A stretch of 42,176 nucleotides of DNA from an uncultured Rhodothermales bacterium (GCA_964438105.1 CAYTJT010000002.1:1-42176), one strand, 5' to 3'; positions 9,317 to 18,882 are shown, counted from the first letter of the stretch. Numbers and translations are program-made. Notes: generated by a model from the sequence alone, not told the origin.

Positions 9317-9471
9317 GCGCCGCCGAGGCCGGGACATGAAGCCGCGCCGAAAACGAACGCGGCGCTCGCCGTCGGCCCGGTGCGAGGCCTCGGGGCACCG
9401 CCGCCGACGAGGTCCGCGGGCTATATTCGAGCCGTCGCCAACAACGAGACCGCCGGGACGGGCAAGCCGAT

Positions 9472-10647
9472 ATGGGATGGAGTGAGGTCATCGGACAGCA
9501 GCGGGCCGTGGAGACCCTGCAGCGCGCGCTCACGAGCGGGCGCGTCGCCCACGCCTACCTCTTCCACGGGCCGGACGGCGTCGGCAAGCGGGCGACCGCG
9601 CTCGCCTTCGCGCAGGCGCTGCAGTGCCAGCGGCGGGCCGTGGGCGAGGCCGCCCCCTGCGGGGCCTGCTTGGCGTGCCAGAAAGTCGACCGCATGGTGC
9701 ACCCCGACGTGCACCTCTACCTCCCGCAGCCCAACGACGCTTCGGCGGGCGACGTCGCCGCGCGGCTCCAGCGGCTCGCCGGGGACGCCTACGCCGAGGT
9801 CGACTTCCGCCGCCGCCCCTCGCTCGACGACCCGAGCAAAAGCTCGAACAAGCACACGATCTACAACGTCGACCGCGTGCGCGAGATCACGCGCGACCTC
9901 CGCTACAGCCCGGCCGAGGGGCGCTTCAAAGTCGCCGTGCTCACCGACGCCGACGCGATGAACGAGCCGTCGGCGAACGCCTTCCTCAAGGGCTTGGAGG
10001 AGCCGACCGAGCAGACGGTGATCGTCCTCACCGCCAGCCGCCCGGACCGCCTCCTCCCGACGATCCTCTCGCGCTGCCAACGGCTCCGCTTCGACGCGCT
10101 CGCGCCCGACGCGATCGAGCGGGCGCTCGTCGCGCGGGACGGGCTGGAGCCCGAGCGGGCCGCGTTCCTCGCGCGGATGGCCGACGGCTCGTACACCCGT
10201 GCCCTCACGCTCGCCGGGAGCGAGGACCTCGCCCGCCAGCGCGCCCACGTCGTCGCGTTCTTCCGCGCGGCCTTCACCGGCTCCGGCGCCCAACTCGACG
10301 ACCTCATCGCCGACCTCGCCGGGCTCGGGCGCGAGGGGCTCAAGGGCGTGCTCGGGCTGATGCTCGGGTGGGTGCGCGACCTCGTGCTCGCCCGCCACGC
10401 CGGGGCCGACGCCGCCCTCGTCAACGTGGACCAGCAAGCCAGCGTGCTCCGCTTCGTCGACAACCTCCCGGACGCGCGGCTCGACGCGCTCGCCGACCTC
10501 GTCGAGCACGCCACCGAGCTCGTCGAGCGCAACGTGAACGCGACGCTCGTGCTGACCGTGCTCGCCGACGCGCTGCGGGCGGCGATGCAGGGGCGCGAGC
10601 GGCACCGGCTGTTCGCCCCGCTCGCAGACCCGGCGCCGGCCGGTTGA
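9472..10647 (+). CDS. holB: DNA polymerase III subunit delta'
   Basis: HAYLFHGPDGVGK, CGACLAC, HPDV, ANAFLKGLEEP, LLPTILSRC. Confidence 0.93.
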   Translation: MGWSEVIGQQRAVETLQRALTSGRVAHAYLFHGPDGVGKRATALAFAQALQCQRRAVGEAAPCGACLACQKVDRMVHPDVHLYLPQPNDASAGDVAARLQRLAGDAYAEVDFRRRPSLDDPSKSSNKHTIYNVDRVREITRDLRYSPAEGRFKVAVLTDADAMNEPSANAFLKGLEEPTEQTVIVLTASRPDRLLPTILSRCQRLRFDALAPDAIERALVARDGLEPERAAFLARMADGSYTRALTLAGSEDLARQRAHVVAFFRAAFTGSGAQLDDLIADLAGLGREGLKGVLGLMLGWVRDLVLARHAGADAALVNVDQQASVLRFVDNLPDARLDALADLVEHATELVERNVNATLVLTVLADALRAAMQGRERHRLFAPLADPAPAG

Positions 10648-10758
10648 GGGCGCGGGCGTTCGAAGGAGCCGGGAAGAGCCGTCGATTGGGCGGAGGGCGA
10701 GAAACGTCCGCCCAGATCGAACGTACCGCACCCCTCCACGTCTCACCGCCCGTCGCTC

Positions 10759-11667
10759 ATGCCGTACTCCGCCGAGATCAGCCGCACGTCGCCCGCGGCC
10801 ATCGTCTTCCTGCTCGACCAGTCCGCGTCCATGAAGGACCCCTTCGGCGGGGCCGAGGAGCGGGGCGACGCCGCGCCGAGCAAAGCGCGCGTGCTCGCCG
10901 ACACCGTCAACCGGCTGATCCAGAACCTCGTCCTCCGCTGCGCGAAAGAGGACGGCGTGCGCGACTACTTCTCCGTCGGGGTGATCGGCTACGGCGACCG
11001 CGTGCAGCCGCTGCTGCGACTCGATGACGACGCGTTGGACGACGGGGGCGAAACGGCCGTCGCGCACGTCGCCGAACTCATCCCCGTCTCCGCGCTCGCC
11101 GAGCGCCCGCTCCGCATCGAGGAGCGGCTCAAGCGCGTGCCCAAGCCTGCCCCCGCGGAGGCAGGGGGCGACGACGGGTTCGCCGAGCAGCGGACGAAGG
11201 TGCCCGTCTGGTTCGATCCCGAAGCCCGCAACGGCACGCCGATGTGCCAGGCGCTCGACTACGCCACCCAGGTCGTCCGGCAGTGGGTGGACCTCCACCC
11301 GCGCTCGTACCCGCCCATCGTGATCAACGTGACCGACGGCGAGGCCACCGACGGCGACCCGCTCCGTTTCGCTCAGACGCTCCGGGAGTACGGCACGGCC
11401 GACGGCGAGACGCTGCTGCTGAACGTCCACCTGTCGTCGTCCACGGAGGCTGCGATCGAGCTGCCGGACACGATCGAGGGGCTGCCGGACGAGCACGCGC
11501 GTAGGCTCTTCCAGATGTCGAGCACGCTCCCGTTCTCGATGCGCGCCGCCGCCGAGGCCGAGGGCTACGCGGTCGGCCTCGACACGCGCGGGTTCATCTT
11601 CAACGCCGACCCCGCGGCCCTCGTCCGCTTTCTCGAAATCGGCACGCGGCCGAGCACGCTGCGCTGA
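10759..11667 (+). CDS. vWA (TerY/YegL-like) domain protein
   Basis: MIDAS motif LLDQSASM, NGTPM, PPIVINVTDGE; first gene of a vWA-PP2C-kinase triad. Confidence 0.88.
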   Translation: MPYSAEISRTSPAAIVFLLDQSASMKDPFGGAEERGDAAPSKARVLADTVNRLIQNLVLRCAKEDGVRDYFSVGVIGYGDRVQPLLRLDDDALDDGGETAVAHVAELIPVSALAERPLRIEERLKRVPKPAPAEAGGDDGFAEQRTKVPVWFDPEARNGTPMCQALDYATQVVRQWVDLHPRSYPPIVINVTDGEATDGDPLRFAQTLREYGTADGETLLLNVHLSSSTEAAIELPDTIEGLPDEHARRLFQMSSTLPFSMRAAAEAEGYAVGLDTRGFIFNADPAALVRFLEIGTRPSTLR

Positions 11668-11702
11668 TCCTCCCCCGATCGTTTCACCATCGCCCCCCGT
11701 CC

Positions 11703-12416
11703 ATGCCCCCTTTCGTGTCCGACGTTCGCACCCACTGGCTGCCCAAGCAGGGCCACACGGCCGACGAGTACGAAGACGCCACCGCGCAGCCGGTCGAAGC
11801 GCCGGACGGGACGATCCGCGCGGCCCTCGCCGACGGCGCTACCGAAGCGGCGTTCGCCGGGGCGTGGGCGCGCACGCTCGTCGAGGAGTTCGTCGCGGCC
11901 GACGTGACGGTGCCCGAGACGTTCCACGAGGCGATCCACCGGACGCGGCGCGTGTTCGGGAGCCGCATCGCGGAGCACGCGACCGCGCTGCCGTGGTACG
12001 CGGCGGCGAAGGCGGAAGAGGGCGCGTTCGCCGCCTTTATCGGCCTCGTGCTCTACCCGAGCGGGGCGTGGCGGGCCGTCGCCGTCGGCGACTGCTGCCT
12101 GTTCCACCTCCGCGACGGCGACCTCCTCGAAGCCTGGCCCATCGACGACCCCGACGACTTCGGCAACCGCCCCGACCTCCTCGGCAGCCGCCTCGACATG
12201 AGCCAGCCCGAGGCGCAGACGACCTCGGCGCAGTGGGGGCCGGGCGACCGCTTCCTGCTCGCCTCCGACGCCCTCGCGGCCTACCTCCTCGCTAACGAGC
12301 CCGCCGCCGCCGCCGGGCTCGACGCCCCCGCCTTCGCGTCGTTCGTCGAGACGGCGCGCTCACGCGGGCTTCGGAACGACGACGTGACGCTCGTCGAACT
12401 CGCGATGCGGGCCTAG
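11703..12416 (+). CDS. PP2C-like protein phosphatase (YegK-like)
   Basis: EYEDA, ALADGATE, VGDCCLF, LLASDAL, RNDDVT. Confidence 0.88.
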   Translation: MPPFVSDVRTHWLPKQGHTADEYEDATAQPVEAPDGTIRAALADGATEAAFAGAWARTLVEEFVAADVTVPETFHEAIHRTRRVFGSRIAEHATALPWYAAAKAEEGAFAAFIGLVLYPSGAWRAVAVGDCCLFHLRDGDLLEAWPIDDPDDFGNRPDLLGSRLDMSQPEAQTTSAQWGPGDRFLLASDALAAYLLANEPAAAAGLDAPAFASFVETARSRGLRNDDVTLVELAMRA

Positions 12417-12430
12417 GTGCGTGGGGGACG

Positions 12431-14266
12431 ATGACCGACTACCCGACCCCCAGCGACTACCAGGAGGCGCTGCAGTTTCCTGCGACGGCGTTCCTCGACC
12501 CGGTGCTCGCGGCGGGCACGCCGGCCCAGGGCCCGCTCGGCCTGCCGCAGCCCATCACCGGAGCGTTCGCCGCCGTCTTCCCCGTCGACACGCCGGGCGG
12601 CCGGTTCGCGGTGCGGTGCTTTCTGACTCGGGTGGACGACCAGGCCGCGCGGTACCGCGCCGTCGCCCGCCACCTCGCCGAGGCAGCACTGCCGCACACG
12701 GTCGCGTTCGACTACCAGCCCGAGGGTGTCCGGGTCGGCGGGAAGACGTACCCCGTGCTGAAGATGGCGTGGGCCGAGGGCGAGGGGCTGGCCGCGTTCG
12801 TCGAGCGGCATCGCCTCGACGCGGCCACGCTGCGCGCCCTCGCCGAGGCGTGGCGCACCCTCCTCGCCGATCTCGGAGCGGCGGGCATCGCGCACGGCGA
12901 TTTGCAGCACGGCAACGTGCTCGTGCAGGATAACGACGGCGCGCTCCGGCTCGTGCTCGTCGACTACGACACCCTCTTCGTGCCCGCGCTCGCGGGGCGG
13001 ACGAGCGCCGAGGTCGGCCACCGCAACTACCAGCACCCCGACCGCACGGAGACGGACTTCGACGCGTCGCTCGATCACTTCCCCGGGCTCGTCGTCTACA
13101 CCGCCCTCCGAGCGCTCGAGGCGCAGCCGGACCTCTGGGCCGAGTTCAGCACGGGCGAGAACCTGCTGTTCCAGGCGGGCGACTTCTACGATCCGCAGGC
13201 GTCGCCGCTCTTCGCCGCGCTCCGGCAGATCGACGGGGTGCGACCGCTCGCGGAGGCCCTCGCGACGGCGTGCTATCTCGAACCCCGTGCGGTGCCGTCG
13301 TTGGAGGACGTGCTGCGCGGTGAGGTGCCAGGCACGTCGCGCCGAGCGGCCCGAGCGGCGAAACGAGCCGCCGGTGACGGCCGGGCGGCGGCGCGCAGCG
13401 GCTTCGAGGCGTGGGCGCTGCCGGCGTTCGTTGCAGCGGTGGCCGTGCTCGTCGCGGTCGGGGCGGCGGCCGGGTGGAAGTGGGCCGTTATTGCAACGAT
13501 TATCGTCACCGCTGCTGGGGGATGGGCGGTGCAGCGCGGCTACGGTTCGCAGTCCACCGTACGGCGGCAGCGGCGGACGGCGCGCGAGGCCGCCGTGCTG
13601 ACACAGTGGATCGCCGACCTCGACGACTCGCGCCGCGGCCTCGCGCGGGAGCGCCGCGACTTCCTCGACCGGCTCGATACGTTCCGCGCGGAGCGGCTCG
13701 CAGAGGTGCAGGCGCGCGCGCTCGAAGGACACCTCCGGCACCACTTCATCGGCGAGCTCGACACGGTCGAGGGGGTGGGGCACCGGGCCGTCGTGCGGCT
13801 CAAAGCCGTGGGTATCCGCAACGCGTTCCACGCCTCCCCGGACCGAGTGGCCGAGGCGCGCGGCATCACGTCCGAGTCGCGCCGGCTCATCGGCGCGTGG
13901 CGCGACGGCCTCGCCGCCGAGGCCGCCGCCGACGTGCCCGGCGACCTCTCGCCCGCCGAAGAGCAGCGGCTCAACCGGCAGATCGAGCGCTGCCTCCAAT
14001 CGCTCGACGCCGAGGCGGCCCGCGTCGCCGCCAAAGCCGAGGTGCAGCGGGGCGAGCTCGCCCGCATCCGCGCGCAGCACGGCGCCCTCCCGACGCTCAC
14101 GCTGAGCAGGTACGTTCTCTACCTACTCCGCGTCCGGCCGCTGCCGCAGACGTCCTCCGAGCGCGCGGCGCCCATCCTCCAGCGGCCGGGCGCCGACCGG
14201 CAGCCGCCCGCTCGGCCGTCCGGCCCCGAACCGCTCCCCGACGCGGCGTGGTGGGAGCAGGCGTGA
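12431..14266 (+). CDS. Ser/Thr kinase-like protein with two TM helices, coiled coil and HhH-like C-terminus (YegI-like)
   Basis: GAFAAVF, AVRCF, HGDLQHGN, VDYD, GHRNYQHP; hydrophobic hairpin WALPAFVAAV..IIVTAAGGW; VEGVGHRAVVRLKAVGI. Confidence 0.85.
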   Translation: MTDYPTPSDYQEALQFPATAFLDPVLAAGTPAQGPLGLPQPITGAFAAVFPVDTPGGRFAVRCFLTRVDDQAARYRAVARHLAEAALPHTVAFDYQPEGVRVGGKTYPVLKMAWAEGEGLAAFVERHRLDAATLRALAEAWRTLLADLGAAGIAHGDLQHGNVLVQDNDGALRLVLVDYDTLFVPALAGRTSAEVGHRNYQHPDRTETDFDASLDHFPGLVVYTALRALEAQPDLWAEFSTGENLLFQAGDFYDPQASPLFAALRQIDGVRPLAEALATACYLEPRAVPSLEDVLRGEVPGTSRRAARAAKRAAGDGRAAARSGFEAWALPAFVAAVAVLVAVGAAAGWKWAVIATIIVTAAGGWAVQRGYGSQSTVRRQRRTAREAAVLTQWIADLDDSRRGLARERRDFLDRLDTFRAERLAEVQARALEGHLRHHFIGELDTVEGVGHRAVVRLKAVGIRNAFHASPDRVAEARGITSESRRLIGAWRDGLAAEAAADVPGDLSPAEEQRLNRQIERCLQSLDAEAARVAAKAEVQRGELARIRAQHGALPTLTLSRYVLYLLRVRPLPQTSSERAAPILQRPGADRQPPARPSGPEPLPDAAWWEQA

Positions 14267-14270
14267 CGGG

Positions 14271-15038
14271 TCAATCGCCGCCCCGCACGCAGCGGAAGCC
14301 GATCGTTTCGGAGCGAACGTCCTGCAGCGTGCTGGCGCGGGTGTAGACGGGCAGCTGCGCTTCGGGCGAGCGGAAGCTGCCGCCGCGGACCATCCTCAAG
14401 TCGTCCCGGGGGCCGCCGCCGAGGTCGTACCACTCCGGCTCGGCGCCGGGCTCGGGGTAGGACTGGTAGAACGCGCCGATCCATTCGTAGGCGTTGCCGG
14501 TCATGTCTTAGAGCCCGAGCGGGTTCGGCGCGCGGCGGGCGGCCGTCGTCGTGCGGAGGGGCTCGCTCTCGTGGAACCACGCGTAGCGGGCGAGGTCGCC
14601 GAGGCTGTCGGTGCCGGCGTAGCGCTGGGCAGCGGGGCCGCCGCGCGCGGCCCACTCCCACTCGCGCTCGTTCGGGAGGCGGGCGTCGATCCAGTCGCAG
14701 AAGGCAGCGGCCTCGTCCCACGTCACGAGCACGACGGCGCGCGCACCACGGCCGAAGTCGCCGCTGTCGGGCCGGGCGACGCCGTCGGTTGCGTCGGCGA
14801 AGGGGTCGAACTCGGCGAAGGTGACCTCGCGCGCCATCATCTCGAACGGCTCGACGGTGACGGGGTGGACGGGGAGGGCGTACGGGTCCTCATCGTCGGG
14901 GGCGCCCATCGTGAAGGTGCCACCCAGAATCGATACGAAGACGGGCTCGGGTTTGGGCGGCCCGGAGCGCAGAAGGGCACAGCCGGAGGCGACGAGGAGC
15001 AGGGCGAGGGAGAGAGGGCGAACGGGCCGATAGCGCAT
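14271..15038 (-). pseudogene. Formylglycine-generating-enzyme (FGE-sulfatase/SUMF1) family lipoprotein with in-frame TAA at 14508-14510
   Basis: Lipobox VASGC, GGTFTMG, RLPNEREWEWAARGG, NPLGL*DMTGNAYEW, RGGSF, IGFRC; both ORF halves are in the same frame. Confidence 0.85.
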
Positions 15039-15121
15039 GAAAGGCGAGAGGGGGGCAGAGTCGAAGGGGATGGTCGCAGACGAGACACGTGGCAGCCGGC
15101 AACGTTGCTGCCTTTCGAGGC

Positions 15122-15246
15122 AAGGCGACGAACGGCCAGACCGTCGCGAGTTCGGAGGGATACGGGTCGAGCGTGGTGCCGCGAACAGGATCGCCTCGGT
15201 GCAGAAGGACACGCCCTCCGCCGATATCGTCGATGAGTCGGAGTAG
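15122..15246 (+). pseudogene. YegP/DUF1508 family remnant, frameshifted
   Basis: KATNGQTVASSEGYGS in one frame continues as ERGAANRIASVQKDTPSADIVDESE* in another; shift near 15168. Confidence 0.65.
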
Positions 15247-15386
15247 GGCGCGTCCGTATCACGTCGTCCGCGGTGCGGCGTCACTCGTACGTGCTGTGGA
15301 CGACGTGCGCTCCCGCCCGGATGTGCCAGCGGCCCCCGGCCAGGACGCGATGCACGTCGGCATTGAGGAGGGGTAACAAGCGCGGG

Positions 15387-16568
15387 TCAGGTAGGAGAAG
15401 AAGGAGAAAGCACCGCCTCGAAGCGGTCTGCGATGGCTTCGATGTCGAAGTGACGCTCGGCATAGTCGCGTGCGTTCGCGCCGAAGCGCTCGCGGAGCTG
15501 GGCGCCCCCGGCGAGCGCTTCGGCGCTGCGGACGAAGCCTCCGACGTCGCTCGGTGGCACCACGAGGCCCGCCTGGTTCTTCGCGACGATGCGCGAGGCC
15601 AGGTTCTCGGGAGGGACCGCGAGGAGGAGCGACCGCCCGGCGCAGAGGTACGTCAGCACCTTTGAGGGAACGGAGAATACCCCGGCGTCGGGCTCCAGCA
15701 CGGCCACGAGCACGTCCGCCGCGCCGAGCACGTCGGGCAGCTCTTCGAAGGGCTGGAAGGGGAGCAGGCGCAGGTTCGGCCGTGACCCCTGGCGCTCGCG
15801 GAGCCACTCGCTCCCCGCCCCCTGCGAGACGACCACGACCTCGGCGTCGGGAAACCGCTCGGCGAGGGCGAGGAGCAGGGCCGGGTTGTGCTTCATCCCG
15901 AGGGTGCCCGAGTAGACGAAGCGAAGGCCGTCCGAGAGCCCCTGGCGCTGGGCCCAAGCGTTATCGCGCGGGCGGGGCGGCATCTCCTCGAGCGGGGCCC
16001 AGTTGGGGATGGTCTGCACCCGTGGGTGCGCGCCGATGGACGGGACGGCCTCGCGGAAGTCGTCCGTGATGAGCACGAGGGCGTCGCTCCGTTCCAGCAG
16101 CGACCGCTCCATGCGGGCGTAGTGCGCCCCCACGACGGCGCCGAGCACGGGGACCCTCTCACGCAGCAGGCGCTCTGCAGCCAAGCCGATTAAGTCTTGT
16201 ACCCAGAACACGAAACGGGCGCTTACCTCGCGTGCCACGTTAAGTAAGCGTCGCTGCGCGTCAAGCGGGGTGTTCGCCGAAAGGACCGCGTCGGGGCGGA
16301 AATCCCGCGGGGCCGACGCGGCGAGGCGGCCGTAGGCGCGCTCCTGCTGCCAGCGCTTTACGAACGCCTGCTTGTCGATGGGCTCGGGGAGCGAGATGCC
16401 CCGGATTTCGAGCGTGTCGGGATCGTCCGGCTGCAGCGCCATCGCCTGAGGCGTCGTCGGGAGCGAGGCGCAGTAGGCGTGGAGGACGGTGTGCCCGCGC
16501 CGGGCGAGCGCTCGGCTGAGTTGGATCTGAAACGGGTGTCCGGCGAAGTCGTGGACGAGGATGCGCAT
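15387..16568 (-). CDS. GT4 family glycosyltransferase (WcaI-like)
   Basis: FWVQDL, IPNWA, VYSGTLGMKH, LPFQP, SVPSKVLTYL. Confidence 0.88.
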   Translation of the reverse strand: MRILVHDFAGHPFQIQLSRALARRGHTVLHAYCASLPTTPQAMALQPDDPDTLEIRGISLPEPIDKQAFVKRWQQERAYGRLAASAPRDFRPDAVLSANTPLDAQRRLLNVAREVSARFVFWVQDLIGLAAERLLRERVPVLGAVVGAHYARMERSLLERSDALVLITDDFREAVPSIGAHPRVQTIPNWAPLEEMPPRPRDNAWAQRQGLSDGLRFVYSGTLGMKHNPALLLALAERFPDAEVVVVSQGAGSEWLRERQGSRPNLRLLPFQPFEELPDVLGAADVLVAVLEPDAGVFSVPSKVLTYLCAGRSLLLAVPPENLASRIVAKNQAGLVVPPSDVGGFVRSAEALAGGAQLRERFGANARDYAERHFDIEAIADRFEAVLSPSSPT

Positions 16569-16636
16569 GGGGTCGTCGTGGAAGAGGGCCCGAAGATACG
16601 GTGCGGCCGACGCGCCGCCGGGTCAGCGCTGCCCAC

Positions 16637-18448
16637 TCACTGGATCCTCACATCCTTCCGTCGGTCGAGGTCGCGGAGGAGCCAGCCGAGGGCGATCGCC
16701 GCGGCGAGCAGCAAGCCGAGCCCGGTGCCGGTGCGCCCGAGGATCACGTGCCCCGTGCCGAAGAGCGCGAGGTAGACCACGGCGCTGCCGACGAGCCAGT
16801 ACGCCCCCAGCCGGGCGAGCCCTTCGTCGGGTGATACGGCCGGGTTGCGCGCGGCCACGGGCCGCCAGCCCGGCCCGCCGGGGCGGATCCGCCGGAAGAA
16901 CGCGTCGAGCACAGCGGCATCGGTGGGGCGTGTCACGAACGTCGCCGCCAGCCACACGGCCGTCGTGATCGCGGAGATGCCGAAGAGGTTCGTGGGGAAG
17001 TCGGCGGTGAGGAAGGGGACGGACACCCCACCGAGCTGGAGGCCGACGAGCACGAGCGGGGTGACCGTCGCGGCGAGCTCGCTCCACGCGTTCACGCGCC
17101 ACCAGTACCACCGCAAGATGAGCACGAGCCCGAGCCCGGCCGAGGCGCTCAGCACGAGCCCCCACGCCCCGCTGATCGAGTCGAGGCGGGAGGCGACGAG
17201 GAAGCCGGAGACGGCGAGCCCGAAGGTGACGAGGCGCGACGCCGCGACGTAGTGCCGCTCCGTCCGGTCGCGCACCGCGAAGCGGCGGTAGAGGTCGTTG
17301 ACGAGGTACGACGTGCCCCAGTTGAGCTGGGTCGAGATCGTGCTCATGAACGCGGCGAGGAACGCGGCGAAGAGGAGCCCGAGCAGGCCGGGCGGGAGCG
17401 TCTCGCGCATCACGAGGACGTAGCCCTCGCGCGGGTTCGCTATGCCGGGGTAGAGCACGAGCGCCACGAGCGCGACGATGATCCACGGCCACGGCCTGAG
17501 GCAGTAGTGCGCCACCACGAACCACAGCGTCGCCAGGAGCGAATCACGCTCGGTCCGGGCGCTCAGCATCCGCTGGGCGATGTAGCCGCCGCCGCCCGGC
17601 TCCTGCCCCGGGTACCAGCTCGCCCACCACTGCACGCCGACGTAGGCCGCGAACGCCGCCGCCGACAACGTCAGCACGCCCGCGCTCTCCACCATACTGC
17701 CGGTCCCGATCTCGGGCAGGAACCGGAAGGTCGAAGCCGGCAACTGCTCGACGAGCCCCGCGATCCCGCCCACTTGGGGGAGGTCGAGCGCGAAGACGGC
17801 GAGTGCGACCGAGCCCACCATCGCCATCACGAATTGGAACACGTCGGTGACGGCGATGCCCCACAGCCCGGACAGCAGGGAGTACGCCGCAACCAAGAGG
17901 ATCAGCAGCCCTACGACGGCGAAGGGCGCGCCGAACTCGACCCCGAGGACCGCGAACGACGCGCGGCCGAAAAGCGTGAGGCCGGGGAAGAGCACGCGGA
18001 CGACCGTCTCCATCGCGAGCGTCACCCACCCGATGATGATGCCGTTCATGAAGAGCCCGAAGTAAACCGCTTTGATGCCGCGGAGCGCGGCGGCGGCGGG
18101 GCCGTCGTAGCGGAGCTCTACGAACTCGACGTCGGTCAGCACCCCGCTCCGGCGCCACAGCCGGGCGAAGAAGAACACCGTGCCCATCGCCCCGAGCGCG
18201 GCGTACCACCACAGCCAGTTGCCCGCGATCCCCTCGTTCGCGACGAGCTCGGCGACGGCGAGCGGCGTGTCGGCCGCGAACGTCGTCGCGACCATGCTCG
18301 TCCCGGCGAGCCACCACGGGAGGTTGCGGCCGGTGAGGAAGAACTCGCCCGTGTCGCGCCCGGCGCGGCGGTAGAAGTAGAGCGCGAGGCCGAACGAGAA
18401 CGCGAGGTAGCCGCCGACGATGAGCCAGTCGAGGGGGGCGAGGGCCAT
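16637..18448 (-). CDS. Sodium:solute symporter family protein
   Basis: FFLTGRNLPWWLAGTSMVATTFAADTP, YIAQRMLSA, AAFMSTISTQLNWG; many TM helices. Confidence 0.92.
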   Translation of the reverse strand: MALAPLDWLIVGGYLAFSFGLALYFYRRAGRDTGEFFLTGRNLPWWLAGTSMVATTFAADTPLAVAELVANEGIAGNWLWWYAALGAMGTVFFFARLWRRSGVLTDVEFVELRYDGPAAAALRGIKAVYFGLFMNGIIIGWVTLAMETVVRVLFPGLTLFGRASFAVLGVEFGAPFAVVGLLILLVAAYSLLSGLWGIAVTDVFQFVMAMVGSVALAVFALDLPQVGGIAGLVEQLPASTFRFLPEIGTGSMVESAGVLTLSAAAFAAYVGVQWWASWYPGQEPGGGGYIAQRMLSARTERDSLLATLWFVVAHYCLRPWPWIIVALVALVLYPGIANPREGYVLVMRETLPPGLLGLLFAAFLAAFMSTISTQLNWGTSYLVNDLYRRFAVRDRTERHYVAASRLVTFGLAVSGFLVASRLDSISGAWGLVLSASAGLGLVLILRWYWWRVNAWSELAATVTPLVLVGLQLGGVSVPFLTADFPTNLFGISAITTAVWLAATFVTRPTDAAVLDAFFRRIRPGGPGWRPVAARNPAVSPDEGLARLGAYWLVGSAVVYLALFGTGHVILGRTGTGLGLLLAAAIALGWLLRDLDRRKDVRIQ

Positions 18449-18529
18449 ACGAGACGCGGTTCAGGGGAGGGGCGCTCAAGGTACCCCTCCCGCCGAACCG
18501 CAGTCAGCAACAATCCGAGCGGGAGCCGG

Positions 18530-18622
18530 TCAGGGGGCCGTCTGGAACACCCAGAGGACGGCGAGGCCGACGAGGCCCGCGCTCGTGTAGATCGTGGCGA
18601 GGAAGCGACCGTAGGCGTTCAT
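18530..18622 (-). CDS. 30-aa single-TM small protein MNAYGRFLATIYTSAGLVGLAVLWVFQTAP
   Basis: ATG..TGA with nearly every codon ending in G/C; C-rich leader; hydrophobic helix; below the ORF-track cutoff. Confidence 0.6.
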   Translation of the reverse strand: MNAYGRFLATIYTSAGLVGLAVLWVFQTAP

Positions 18623-18882
18623 GGCGTGAGGGCGTTGGTGGTGGGGGGAGCCGCCGGGGGACGAGCGGCCGATCTGCCCTCCGTCTCAGCAAAGATGCTG
18701 CCGTGAGATTCATTCTGAGACACCGATCGGGCGCCTCCCCGTTCACCCGCCCCAAAATGGTAGGCGCACGTGACGGGGAGGCCTCAGCGATCAGACGCGG
18801 CTCCGTTGCCGCTGCGCCCTCGCGCGAGTAGCTTCCATCTCCATTCGTACCGAAATCCCCCTATCGACACGCCACCTCACCC

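Noticed and set aside
14508-14510. Programmed readthrough, selenocysteine or pyrrolysine
   Set aside because: The codon is TAA at a conserved Tyr position, and TAA is used as a normal stop elsewhere in the window
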